Source: a virus | Lineage: Duplodnaviria; Caudoviricetes | DNA: 64,000 bases | IMG/VR virus record: IMGVR_UViG_3300044658_000017 | Coordinates: 1-64,000 of that record | Direction: 5' to 3' (one strand) | Part shown: positions 36,977 through 49,300 of the stretch, piece after piece | Numbering within the stretch: position 1 is the first letter of the stretch | Layout: the number at the start of each line of letters is the position of its first letter | The notes under the pieces: generated by a model | The model's database searches: none | Seen by the model: the letters and a program-made list of their open reading frames with translations, nothing else | Told to the model about the DNA's origin: nothing | Position numbers and translations under genes: made by a program

Positions 36977-39900
36977 TGTACACTGGCAAGAAATATAAGA
37001 AATATGCTTTAGGGGGAGAGGGAGATAACAACCCTCCCTTAAAACTATATAAGCCAAAGGACACTATCAAGTATGTTCAAATTGATGATAAGAGAAAGAT
37101 AAATCCAGCTACAGGAAAACCTTTTAAAAAGATAGGTTCAAAGAGTGTTAAGGTAGGCCCACAGGAGATTCAAAATATAATTGGTCAGGCTAAAGCTCAG
37201 GGAGTAAATCCATTGACTGCATTGGCTGTAGCTTTACAGGAAACTAATTTAGGACAGTCTGATGATAACTTAGGTCATGTTATAGGTAAAGATAACTGGA
37301 AAAATTTACCTAAAGGATTACCAGAAGACCAAGAGGCAGCATTCATGTTAGTTTCAACTTTAAAGAATAAGCTGGCATTAGCAAAAAGGTTAGGTTATGA
37401 TAAGAAAGGAGAAGACTTTGCTTTACAAGCCTATAATGGATACGGAAATTTGTATCCTTCTACAGAAGCTGACTATCATGGTGGTAATCAACCTTCTTTT
37501 TATGAAATACCAGTAAGTAAGAAGAAACCACTTAAGTTAAGTGAAAATCCTGCTTATGGTAAAACTATCATTTCATTAAGAGATGAGCTACTTAAAAACA
37601 ATGATACAATAAACGAATTAATAGAAAATACTCCTGCTTATAAAACTCAATATGCTATGGGTGGATTAACTTCAAATAAAGCTAAGGAAATACTTAGAGA
37701 TGGTACTACCAATGGTAAACCTCTTACATTAAAACAAAAGAAGTATTTTGGTTATATAGCAGGAGGAGGAACACCTAAATATCCGACTGGTGGAGAAGTA
37801 GGAGAACCTAATCCCACTACTACTTCTACCACTCAAAAGTTAGACTCTAAAGCATTAAAGAAAAAATATGCTTCTAATCCTTATTTAGTGGGTGATACCA
37901 ATAGATATTATTGGGCAACTCAACTTGATAGAGAATTTCCACTAACAGAAGGTAAAGTAAGAGATGCAGTTTATTCAGCAGCTAAAGCTAATAAAATAGA
38001 CCCTGCCTTGTTATATGGTTCTGCTATGGAAGAGGGTATGTCAGGAGCTATTGACGATAAGAATTGGGAGAATGCTTCAGAGGCTTATGTACAATGGTCA
38101 AATAAAAATAAGAGCAAGGCAGAACAATATCCTGTAGATAGTTTCTACAACTATGGATTAGATCAATTTGCTGGTATGGCTCCGGCTCTTGTTAAGAAAG
38201 GATATTTACCTAAAGATTTTCAGAACAACTTCACAACCTTTGATGCTATGAATGAGAAGGACGAGAAGATAAAAGGTTCTGCTTTCAATACAGATGCTAA
38301 TGCTCTCATGGCAAAAAGTGCTATGATGAGATTAGCTCAAGATCAACTAGAAGATTACTTAGGTAAAACAGGAACTAAACTTAGTGATAAACAAAAGCAA
38401 TTCTTTCTTCTTGCTAATTATAATGGTGGAGAAGGCAATATGCAAAAAATGCTTAATAGTTATAAACAAAAAGGCTATCTGAAAGATGATAAATTTCTTG
38501 ACCCTACCTTTAAGCCAGATGCTTATGGTGGAATTTATAAAAATGTAATGGCAAGAATGCAAGCAGCTAAAATGCTAAGAGATGAAGGAGTAATGAATGA
38601 CTATTACAACCCTCCAGCACAACAACAGAAAATGGCTACTGGTGGTGAAGCTGATGGAAGTGATACTGGTGGTCAGGGTTATGCAATGATGGGACAATTA
38701 TTACCACAAATAGGTAATCTACTTACTACTCTTTTAGATAAGCCTAGTTATAGTAATCAACCTTACGTAAACTCTCAAACAGCAAAAAATATGACTTCTC
38801 CTTATGCTATGGGTGGAGAACTTGATGATGTTGATGATAATCAATATCAGGAGTGGCTTCAGGCTATGTTTATGAATCAGCTTATGAGTGATCAGGGACA
38901 GGGTGATCAGGAAGATGAAACCCTCAATGAAGGTGTAGCTGAGGATGATGATAATCTTGAAGAGGAAGGGAATGAAGAATTTGCTATGGGTGGTAAAGCA
39001 AAGAAAGGTAAGATTTATATTAAGCCTTCTAAAAGAGGAACCTTTACTGCTGCTGCAAATAAACATGGTAAATCAGTGCAGGCTTTTGCTTCGGAAGTAC
39101 TGGCCAATAAATCTAAGTTTTCACCAGCAATGGTAAAGAAAGCAAACTTTGCCAGAAATGCTGCTAAATGGCATCATGCTATGGGTGGTGAAGCTGAATA
39201 TGCTTATGGTGGTATACATATTAATCCTGCTAATAAAGGTAAGTTTACTGCTACTAAAAAGAAGACAGGTAAGACTACTGAAGAATTAACTCATAGTAAG
39301 AATCCTCTTACTCGTAAGAGAGCAATCTTTGCACAGAATGCAAAGAAATGGCACCATAAAGCTATGGGGGATGAGATAGGTCAGAGTGGTTTAGTTCATC
39401 CTATGTTAGCAGCTATGGGTTACTATGCTGATGGTGGTGATGTACCTATTGAAGTAGAAGGTAATGAGATAGTACAAACACCTGATGGTCAAATGCAGAA
39501 AATGCAAGGGCCATCACATGAAGAAGGTGGTATTCAAATGCAGGTTCCTGAGGGTACTAAGATATTTTCTGATAGACTTCAGATTGAAGGTAAAACCATG
39601 CAGCAAAGAAAAATGAGTAGAGAGAGGAGATTAAAGAGTGCTCAAAAGTACCTTGAGAGCAATCCTACTGATCAGTTAACAAAAAATAGCTTTGATAGAA
39701 CTAAAGAAATAGTTGCAAGAGAGGAAGCTCAGGATATGGCTTTACAAAAGGCAGCTAATAAGATATATTCTGCTCCACAGAAAGCTGCTTATGGTGATGA
39801 AGTAGAAGCTGGTGGAACTGACCCGTGGAATGAATATATTAACTCCTTAACTCCGGGTATACAAGCACAGATTCCCTTTAAGCTCGGTGAGAGTGGAGTA

Positions 39901-40698
39901 AATCTTCAAGGCTCGAAATTACCCTCTTCGGCTTATGCTGATGCCAATCCGATAAACACAGGTAGAATCCCTGTAAAAGCTCAAACCGGCTCAAATTTGA
40001 GTAATCCGGGATATGAAGATGCTAAAAATGCTCAGGAGCATAGTGAAGGTTTTACAAGCCCCGGTGGTCTTACTACTGGTGATTATATTGGCTTAGGTGC
40101 TAATTTATTTAATGCAGTAGCTCCTATCATTAATACCAAGAATGCAAGAAATGCTACCAAACCTCAAATGAACCGATTTGAAGGTTTTGGACATGAAGCA
40201 ATGGAAGCTAATGCTAAAGCTCAAGGATTTGCTGGTATTCAAGCAGCTAATGCTAAGAGAGATATAGATAGTGCTACTAACTCAGCTATTCTAAGAAATA
40301 GAATGGGTGCAAGAAGTGTCAATACTCAAAGAGCATTAGATACTGTAGCTGATATTAACAGAAATAAAGCTATAGGTGATATAAATGCAGGTTATGCACA
40401 TGAAATGGAAGGGTTATTAGGACAGCAGGCTCAACTTGCAAATCAGAGAGATCAAGTAGTAATGACAGGTAGGACTATGAGAGATGAAAGGCAAGCTCAG
40501 GACACTGATAACTATTATAGTAACATGGCTCAGAACTTAACTAACTTTGGAACTAATATTGGCAATATTGGCAGAGAGTTGAATATGTCTCAGGCCAATA
40601 AAGATAATGCTTCATTGTTATCAGCAATGTCTGAGTACTTTGATTTCGGTAGAGATAAAAATGGTAGATTGGTACTTAAAAATAAAAGCAAAAGTTAA
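36976..40698 (+). CDS. Virion cargo/ejection protein with two lysozyme-like (SLT) domains and repeated [YFHM]AxGG linkers
   Basis: GVNPLTALAVALQET..AYNGYG; IDPALLYGSAMEE..ANYNGGEG; GPSHEEGG; two I.I.P...G.FTA....A.FA.NA.KWHH repeats. Confidence 0.7.
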   Translation: MYTGKKYKKYALGGEGDNNPPLKLYKPKDTIKYVQIDDKRKINPATGKPFKKIGSKSVKVGPQEIQNIIGQAKAQGVNPLTALAVALQETNLGQSDDNLGHVIGKDNWKNLPKGLPEDQEAAFMLVSTLKNKLALAKRLGYDKKGEDFALQAYNGYGNLYPSTEADYHGGNQPSFYEIPVSKKKPLKLSENPAYGKTIISLRDELLKNNDTINELIENTPAYKTQYAMGGLTSNKAKEILRDGTTNGKPLTLKQKKYFGYIAGGGTPKYPTGGEVGEPNPTTTSTTQKLDSKALKKKYASNPYLVGDTNRYYWATQLDREFPLTEGKVRDAVYSAAKANKIDPALLYGSAMEEGMSGAIDDKNWENASEAYVQWSNKNKSKAEQYPVDSFYNYGLDQFAGMAPALVKKGYLPKDFQNNFTTFDAMNEKDEKIKGSAFNTDANALMAKSAMMRLAQDQLEDYLGKTGTKLSDKQKQFFLLANYNGGEGNMQKMLNSYKQKGYLKDDKFLDPTFKPDAYGGIYKNVMARMQAAKMLRDEGVMNDYYNPPAQQQKMATGGEADGSDTGGQGYAMMGQLLPQIGNLLTTLLDKPSYSNQPYVNSQTAKNMTSPYAMGGELDDVDDNQYQEWLQAMFMNQLMSDQGQGDQEDETLNEGVAEDDDNLEEEGNEEFAMGGKAKKGKIYIKPSKRGTFTAAANKHGKSVQAFASEVLANKSKFSPAMVKKANFARNAAKWHHAMGGEAEYAYGGIHINPANKGKFTATKKKTGKTTEELTHSKNPLTRKRAIFAQNAKKWHHKAMGDEIGQSGLVHPMLAAMGYYADGGDVPIEVEGNEIVQTPDGQMQKMQGPSHEEGGIQMQVPEGTKIFSDRLQIEGKTMQQRKMSRERRLKSAQKYLESNPTDQLTKNSFDRTKEIVAREEAQDMALQKAANKIYSAPQKAAYGDEVEAGGTDPWNEYINSLTPGIQAQIPFKLGESGVNLQGSKLPSSAYADANPINTGRIPVKAQTGSNLSNPGYEDAKNAQEHSEGFTSPGGLTTGDYIGLGANLFNAVAPIINTKNARNATKPQMNRFEGFGHEAMEANAKAQGFAGIQAANAKRDIDSATNSAILRNRMGARSVNTQRALDTVADINRNKAIGDINAGYAHEMEGLLGQQAQLANQRDQVVMTGRTMRDERQAQDTDNYYSNMAQNLTNFGTNIGNIGRELNMSQANKDNASLLSAMSEYFDFGRDKNGRLVLKNKSKS

Positions 40699-43301
40699 TG
40701 GGAAGGTTCTATAAGACAGCAAATGCTAATCCTATGGATTATATGTATCAGTTGAATCTACCACTGATGCAGAATGTGCTTGCAGCTAATGAAGCTGGTT
40801 TAAATAATGAACTTAATCAAGCAGATCAAATAGGTTCTCTTGCTGAAAAGTTTAATTATCTTACTCCTGATTCTGATAGAGCTAAACAGATAATGGATAG
40901 TTATAATAAGCAGGTAGATGACTTAAGTAGGTCTATACAGACAGACCCTTTAAGTTGGAGAAAGAAAAAGGGAGAATTAAAAGCTCTTGGTAGGAAATTA
41001 GAGACTGATTATCGAGCAGGTGAAATTAGCAAGATAGCAGGTAACTATGCTCGATACAAAGAACTTGATGACTACATTACTAAAAGGGAGGAAGCAGGTA
41101 AACTTTCTCCATACGAAGGACAAGTATTTCGTCAAAAGGCTCTTGAAAGTCTTAAAGAAGGAACAAGTTATAACCCTCAAACAGGGCAATATAATTTGCT
41201 TAATGCCGTCAAGCCAATGGATACTATTGATATTCGTGAAAGATTATCTAAATTCATTGACAACATGAAGGCTAATGAGGGATTAGAGTGGGATACTCAG
41301 GCAGGTCAGTACTTTAAGAAGACTACTAAAGGAAAGGAGTATATATCACCAGAAAGAATTATAGAGACTGCTATGAGTGGTCTTATGGGTGATAATGAAC
41401 TTCAACAGTATCTTAAGCAAAGAACTGATTTTGGATTAATGAAGGGAGTATATGACAAAGAAGGTAAGTTTATTAGTCCATATAACTACGTGATGAATCC
41501 TGCTAATGAGATTGAGAAGCAACAAATAGCTACACTTCAAAATCAAATTAATCAGGCAAGGAAAACTAATCCTACTGTAGCTGATCAACTTCAGCAAGAA
41601 CTTGATGCCAAAGTTCAAGGATTAAGTTCGAGAACTAAACTTCAGGCAAATAGAGAGAGTTCTTTAATGCCTATTATTGCATCACTTGCTGGTGAATACA
41701 GTTATGAAAAAGTAAAAGAAGGAATAGACTTAAAAAATAATAGTCTTTATAATCTTGGAATCAATCTTGATTTTCAAGGTAAACAAAAGGCTTTGGACAG
41801 AGCACAAAAAGAAGACTTCTTCAATGCAAGACAAAAGCAGGCAGAACAATTCCATAAAGATGTTATGGAACTTGGCTGGTATAAGGCTATGAATCCACCA
41901 CAAAGAGGAACGGGTTCAAAAGCTACTGCTAAAGCTGGAAGTAAAACAAAAGTTGAAGAAACTCCTACACCAACAAGTGTGGGTGCTCAGGATGCTACAC
42001 CGTGGTTTGGAGATAAGTTCTATACTAATGCTGGCTTAAGTGAAACTCTTGATCAGGGTAAGAAGGATATGGATAGTTTAAGCAATAAGATTAAGGGTTA
42101 TCAAACTGAACTAATAAATACTCTTAGAGGTAGAAGTATTGATCAACTTACTCCACAGGAAAGAGCACAAGTTGATAAACTTAATATGGGTTTACAGAAT
42201 GCTCAAAATCAATTGCAGGATAGAGCTTCTACTACAGATCAAGCAAGACAGTGGTATAATCAATCAGTAGATTATGCTTTAAGAAGTCCTGATGCTAGTA
42301 AGAGATTTAATATTTCAGATAAAGATAGAGAACTTTATGCACAATTTGGTAGTGATAGAATGGCTCAAAAGCTGAAAGAAGATATTGATAGAAGTGCAGA
42401 AAGTCAATATGTATTCCCCGGTGCTCACAAAGGAACAGTGGGTTGGTTTGGTAGAAACATAACTGAAGATGACCCTGAACTCTTACAAAAAAGACAACTA
42501 TTAACTGACTATCTTTCTGCTAAAGAAAGAATTGATAAGGCAAGAGATTTCTATTTACAAAAAGCAAGAGAAACTACTAATCAGGCACCTACTATTGAAT
42601 TTGGTAGTGAAGATAAGAAGGCTATTGGAGCTTTACTAAACAATAAAACACATGGCCTTCAATTATTCGACTCTAAAGGTAACGAAGGTGCCGGTATGGA
42701 TTTAGGTAATGAATCAGCTACCTTTAGAGATGGTTCATTGCAAAAATATATACAGTCACATAATGGAGAAATAGAATGGCTTGGTGTGTCTCCTTCTTTG
42801 GGCTTTGATGAAGGTAAAACTGGTGCTGTAGTAAGAATACGTGTAAAAAACAAAGATAAATCCAAAAATTCTGTAGGTGATATTCCTTCTGATAAAGACT
42901 TATATGTAACTTTAGACCCTGACAGTCAGCAAGCTATTGGTCTTAAATATGCCACTGATAAAAACCCTGAAATTGCTTCATTAGGACAGAAGTTACTTAA
43001 TGCAAGAGATCAGCAGATTAGGAATAAGTTCATGGATATAAGAAATGGCATTAATCCACAGACAGGAGAATATGGCCCTGCTAAAACAGTTCAAATACCA
43101 GTACCGGGGGGTAGTGTTCCAGTAACTGTTCGTAGTTTCTACAGAGGAGATGGAGAGTATGATTACTATGTTACACTGAAAAAATCCGATGGTACAGAAG
43201 TTCCTATGAAATCCAGTGGTTCAACAAATGGCTTTTTTGATAGTATAGACCAGTTTATACAGGACTTTAACCAGAATTACCAGAACAAAACATTCGATTA
43301 A
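40698..43301 (+). CDS. Virion cargo/ejection protein, 867 aa
   Basis: Helical, Q/K/D-rich; position just before the vRNAP gene. Confidence 0.6.
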   Translation: MGRFYKTANANPMDYMYQLNLPLMQNVLAANEAGLNNELNQADQIGSLAEKFNYLTPDSDRAKQIMDSYNKQVDDLSRSIQTDPLSWRKKKGELKALGRKLETDYRAGEISKIAGNYARYKELDDYITKREEAGKLSPYEGQVFRQKALESLKEGTSYNPQTGQYNLLNAVKPMDTIDIRERLSKFIDNMKANEGLEWDTQAGQYFKKTTKGKEYISPERIIETAMSGLMGDNELQQYLKQRTDFGLMKGVYDKEGKFISPYNYVMNPANEIEKQQIATLQNQINQARKTNPTVADQLQQELDAKVQGLSSRTKLQANRESSLMPIIASLAGEYSYEKVKEGIDLKNNSLYNLGINLDFQGKQKALDRAQKEDFFNARQKQAEQFHKDVMELGWYKAMNPPQRGTGSKATAKAGSKTKVEETPTPTSVGAQDATPWFGDKFYTNAGLSETLDQGKKDMDSLSNKIKGYQTELINTLRGRSIDQLTPQERAQVDKLNMGLQNAQNQLQDRASTTDQARQWYNQSVDYALRSPDASKRFNISDKDRELYAQFGSDRMAQKLKEDIDRSAESQYVFPGAHKGTVGWFGRNITEDDPELLQKRQLLTDYLSAKERIDKARDFYLQKARETTNQAPTIEFGSEDKKAIGALLNNKTHGLQLFDSKGNEGAGMDLGNESATFRDGSLQKYIQSHNGEIEWLGVSPSLGFDEGKTGAVVRIRVKNKDKSKNSVGDIPSDKDLYVTLDPDSQQAIGLKYATDKNPEIASLGQKLLNARDQQIRNKFMDIRNGINPQTGEYGPAKTVQIPVPGGSVPVTVRSFYRGDGEYDYYVTLKKSDGTEVPMKSSGSTNGFFDSIDQFIQDFNQNYQNKTFD

Positions 43302-43304
43302 GAT

Positions 43305-46300
43305 ATGTCTAAATCAGTAAGACCAGCAGGCTCTAATGGTAGTGAGAAAGCTCCTTTAGAGCCTTCTGACTTTTTAAAGGAATATGGCTTTACCCCTAAT
43401 CCTTATGCCGGAGTAGATGCACAGGAAACACTAAAGCAAACTCATTTCAACCCTGATCAATACGAATATATAACTAATCCTTCTTCACTTGATAAAGGTT
43501 CTGCTGAATCATTGCAGGCAGCAAGACAACCAGCCATTGATGTTTTAAAGAGATCAATAAAACAATTTGGTGCTAATGTAGCTGGTGCTATTGCTACAGG
43601 AGCATTAAATACTGCTGATGTTAAAGGAACATTTGATATTCTTACTAATAAAGAAACAGACTTTAATAGTAAAATATTTGGAGTATCTGCACAGGATATA
43701 ATGAACTGGTCTAATGAAGTTCAGCAAAAGAATCAGATATATGAAAAGAATCCCGGTAGCTTTTCACCCGGTAAACTTTCGTGGTGGGGTAAACAATTTG
43801 CAAGTTCAGGTACTGGTGTAGGTATGGGGCTTGAAGCATTAGGTGAAACTCTTGCTGTAGGTGCTGCTACAGAAGGATTAGGGGCTATACCTGAACTGGG
43901 TAATGCTATAAGCAAATTCCCAAAACTATTAAGAACTATTAAAGCAGCTAAAACAGTAGAAGAAGCTGCTGAGATTGCCAATGTTGCAAGTAGATTAAAA
44001 AAGACTGCTACTACATATGCTATTCTCAATAGATTAAATGAATCTAAGAGTGAAGCTCAACAAACATTTCAGGATGCTTATGAAGAATTAATTAATCAAA
44101 AGAATCCTGATGGTACTAATAAATACACTGAAGAGCAGGCAAGAAGTGCTGCTGCTGCTGGTGCCAGAAGAGATTTTTTATGGAATATGCCTCTTATGGC
44201 ATTAGATATTCTTACTTATAGGACTATGGTGTTTAATCCCTTTTCAGGAACTGGTACTGGTTTAATCGAGAAGGGATTAGAACATGCTGCAACCAAGTTG
44301 GCATCTAAAGGAGTAGTAGGTAAAGCTGTAGGATGGGCATTACCTCATATAGTAGGTGCAGCTTCTGAAGGTTCTGAAGAAGGATTACAGTTTATAGGTT
44401 CTGAGGAAGGTAAACATTATGCCAGAGTATTAGCAGGTCTGGATGACGATAGTAGTTTCTTTCAGAGACTAGGTAAAGATGTTACCAGTGCAGAGTTCTG
44501 GAATAACTTTGCTGGTGGTGTTATAGGTTCTCCTATTATTGGTGGTGTTATGAAGTTATTCAATTCTGCTATGAATGGCCGGCAGCAGAAAAGATTAGCA
44601 GATATGCACAAGGATTTTGTTGCCAATGTAGGTAAGATGGATGATCATATATCCAATCTTATACGAGAGTATGAAGCACAGGGTAATGTAGAAACTGCTA
44701 ATGTGCTCCGTAGAAACTTTGGTGCAATGAAAGTTTTAAGTGCTCTTCAGTTAGATGCATTAAAAGATAGTGATGTAGCTTTTGATTCATATAAAAACTT
44801 CCTTAGACAAACTCTTGATGAAGTAAACAATGGTAAAACTGATAGTCTTAATGACTTAGGTTTTAATAATGTTACAAAAGAGCAAGTAGATCAAATCAAA
44901 GCACACTTTGGTACTTACTTACAGGATGCTGAAAGAATGAAGAAGATATTCGATCAGGTATCTAATCAACATGAAAAACAGTTTGTACCAGAAATTGCTA
45001 TGCAAATGTTTTCTGTCGAGACAAGAAGAGAGAAACAAGTTGAATTAGCTCAGGATATTTCAAACTTGAAGAATAGTGTCTTCGGTTATTCTTCTTTGTC
45101 CGATAATGGGAAGAAGATACATGATTTAGAGTATCAAATGTTAGCTCATAAGAATGAGTTAAAAAGATTACAGAAAATTAAACAGGAGTACAAGAATCCT
45201 GCTGAACAAAAGAATGTAGATGCTGTAATTGCAATAACTGAGAATAAACTCAACAATCTTAATGAGCAATTAAAGGATATTAATAAAGATGAATCTTATA
45301 CACAGGAACAAAGAGATTCTGATGCTAGTCTATTAGCAACTCCTGTAAAAGATCAAAAATACTATCAGGCTATAAGGGATAATGTAGCTAATGCTTCTCA
45401 AATTGATATTGAAAGTAGAAATCTGGCATTGTGGAATGATCAACAGTTTAAGAACGAACAAGCTATTCATGGAATTATTAATTCCAGAAATAAAGAACAA
45501 CTTGATCAACTCGAACAAGACTTAACTAAGAATGGAAAACTTACTGACCCTATCAAAGAAGCTATTGCTGATAGAAGAAAGAAACTAGCAGCAAAACAGG
45601 CTATAGATAATCAGAATGCCAAAAACGATGATGTAGCTAACCCTGTAGCTAATGACCCCACTATTGAAAATAAACAGACTACAGTAGCAAATCCCACTGT
45701 TACTACTGAAGTACAAGTACAACAGCAGGCTGAAGCTCAAGAAGCTGAAAGTAAAGATAATGGTAGTGTATTACCACAAGGAGATATACAAAGTGCTGTA
45801 GCTACTGCACCTGAGATGAATTTTAAGAACTTCGATATGTTCAGTGAACAGATGGCTGAAATTGCTCAGATAGCTAATGAACAGTCTGCTTCAACAGAAG
45901 ATGATGCTCATGCAGCAGTATTAGAAGCAGTTTCAAAAACTGAAATCACTAATATTGAAGATATTCTTAATGAAGATGCTGGAAGACTTGATATTATCTA
46001 TGATGGTAATCCTGTATTATTTAAAGCCTTCGATGTATTTTTAAACACTGATAATTTTACTCTTCAACTAATAGGATTAAAATACGGTAAAGCCAACGAT
46101 ATTGAAGCAGTTATATCAGCTATTAAGTTAGGACAAGAACTAAATAAGAGAGGTATAACCTTTACAAGTGAAGGTATCGAAGTTAAAGGAGGAGAGATAA
46201 ATACTCTATGGGATAACTTAGTTGAGCTTGGATTTGCAATCAAGAAAGAAAAGGGATATGTATTTAAGAGAGATATAATACCAGCAGCAGAAGAATATGC

Positions 46301-49300
46301 TGGCCCTGTAGAGGTATCATTAGCTCCGGTAGAGCTTAGTGATAATATGACAGGAGAACAAAAGGAGAGATTAAAATCAGCAGTAGCCATATTACTTCAG
46401 GGTTTTGAACATCCTACTTTTGAAGATTTAGTAAGAGCAGCTATTAAACAATCTAATATAGATACTGCTGATAAGACTTTTAATCTTTTAACTAGGGGTT
46501 GGGAATTGAATGGTTATTCAAGAGTAGATTATCGACAAGTTTATACTAAGATATTTCAAGACCCTATAGGAACTCTTAATAGCTTATTAGGTGAATTAGC
46601 TACTGTTAATGACCCTACTACTGAAATAAAATCTTCTGTTATTACTGAAGGAACGGAAGCTGCTATACAAGATACTATTGCAGAACAAACAAAGCCAAAT
46701 GACTTTGATAATAATGGTCAGCCTATATATAATTATACAGGAGTAGTTACAAATGAGGTGGAAATGAAGTTTGCTTTTTTAAGTGTTCCTTATGATCTTA
46801 TTCTTACTACAGAAGAAGATGGTAGTGTTACAGTTAAAAAACAAACAAGAGAAGGTCAAATTAATGCTGGTGAAGATGTAGATAGTTTAAAATTGCTTGA
46901 CCCTAATAAGTATCAGGAAGGAACCGAGTTGCATGTAATGATTCCTTCAAACTTCATGGATATTAAAATAGGTACATGGAATGCTGATGGTACACCGGGG
47001 CCAGCAATGTCATTCGGACAATATGTAGCACAGAATAACCTAAGTCCTGAAGATCAGGAATATAAGGATAAAATACCAATGATTATCTATGATAAAGGCA
47101 AAACCAATGAAAGAGGAATTGCCTTTATACATGATACTCAGTGGTATAATCCTATTAATTTTAACCAGTCTAAGCCGGGACAAATGGAACAGGCTATTAA
47201 GTCTGTTAGAGAAATGAGGCAGGCTATATTAGATGCTAAAGGGAAGCCTGTTAGCATTACTGTAACTGGTAAACGAGAAACCACTTTTGATTCTCTTAAA
47301 TTACCACAGGGTAATCAAATAACTTTAAAAGAGGCAAATCCTGATACTACTATTGCAGTAGCTATAAATATTAATCAACTTACTAAAGACGGTAAGAATA
47401 TAGTATTTGAAGGTCAGTTAAATAATACTAAGCCATTTAGTGAAAATATGGCTTATGATGTAAGACAAACAGGTATGAAGGATGGTAAACCTACTTATAC
47501 TGCATTTCCTGTAAGTCAACCTCCATTAAGTGATTTAACAAAATCATCTATCTTAATGGCTTTAAAAGTATTTGTTAATGCTAAGAACCAGAATCTTCAG
47601 GCAGGTGATAAATCAGTTTTTGATAATGTACATGCACAGATACTAGCATCTTCTGGTATTGATATAAGAAGTGTGAATGGTATTACTCAATATCTTTCTC
47701 AGTTTATGCATGTAGCTAACCTTGAGAATGCAAATAGTGTTGCTGAAGCTGAAGCTCAATTAAAAGGTAAAGGGAAAAAAGAAGGTTATAAATACTTAAC
47801 TATAAATAGCTCTGGTGGAATTGTATGTGGTACTGTAGGAAAACCTATGACACCAAAGAACAATGGATTCTTCATTAATCCCAACCCCGGTAAGGATATG
47901 GAGACTTCATTTAAGTTAGCTAATGCATTCTTAGATAATATTATTAAAACTAACTTCTTAGAAGGCTATCAACAACATGTACATTTTGGTTCTTTAAATA
48001 GAAATAAACCAGTAGTGCAATTCAATATGAAAGGAGAGCCTACCACTACTGGTAGTTACAATGATTACTTAATGAGTAATCTTAAGACCAATATCAGAAG
48101 TATAAACATCGGCACTAAAGAGAATCCTAATTATGTAACAAGTGTTCAACCTATAATTACATATCAATTAACATCAAAAATCAAACAAGATGAAAAAATC
48201 AGCCCCGAAAAAATCAGAGAAGAAATCATCGAGCAAAGAAGAGAAGAGAGCAGAACAGATGGGCAGCAAGTTTCCTCCGAAGAAGGAAAAGGGCAGCAAG
48301 AAAAAATAGCTGAATTAAGAAAGGAACAAGAAGACCTTATTAAACAAGCTAAAGAAGAGTTAGGCTTTGATTTCTTAAATGATTTATCAGAAGAAGACTT
48401 AGCTCCCGTAGAGCTAACTGATTCTCAAAGGGAATCCATAGAGCAATCAGTTCAGAGTATTGCAGGTTTAAATCCTCAACAACAATCTGAACTGATTGAC
48501 TTTATGTATAATCAGGTTGCAGCACAAATAGATTTAGATAATAAAGAGGGTATAAGTAAGGAAAAGGTATATGCTGAAGTGAAGAAAAACTTTGAAGCTA
48601 TTATTAAACCCTTAAGAAAAACCTATGCAGATAAGGTTAAACAGATTCAAAAATTAATTGATGCTGACCCTGAAACTCCTCATCTTCAAGATTTGAAATT
48701 AGCCATTGCTTCATACAATAAATCCATTCAGAGGATAAATGATATTCAGGCTAATTATAAGTTAATGGAGGCTGAGACTGAGTTAAAAGTAAGTAAGTAT
48801 ACTAATATTCAAAAGGGTAAACTCAAAGAAAATCAGGAGACAGATGATGATAGTGAAACAGATGAAGATCGTCCTTTTGATGAAGGTGATGGTAGTACAG
48901 AAAGAGCAAAAGAATTTGGTACTGATAGTTTAAGTGAGAACCCGGATAATAAGTTGACCTATGCAATGAGAAGATTCTTAGGTCAAATAAGAAAAGTAGA
49001 TAAGGATGGAAAACCTATGACTGGTTTTCTTAAATTACCTACTTATGTAGGAAGTGATACAGTGGCTAATACTGTAAGAGATTTATTGGCTGATGTACCT
49101 TCTGACTTTAGTACTATGATGGCTAAACTGGAAAGGTCAGTTCCGGGTTATCCGTGGTTAAGAGAACTAATTGATAGATTGCAGGCTAGTACTAAAGAAA
49201 GACAGAATCAATTTGTAACTGTATTCAGTAATCATAGATTAAGTATGAAATTTTCTATGATTAGCTATGATAATAAAAATAAAACATGGCACTCTAAAGT

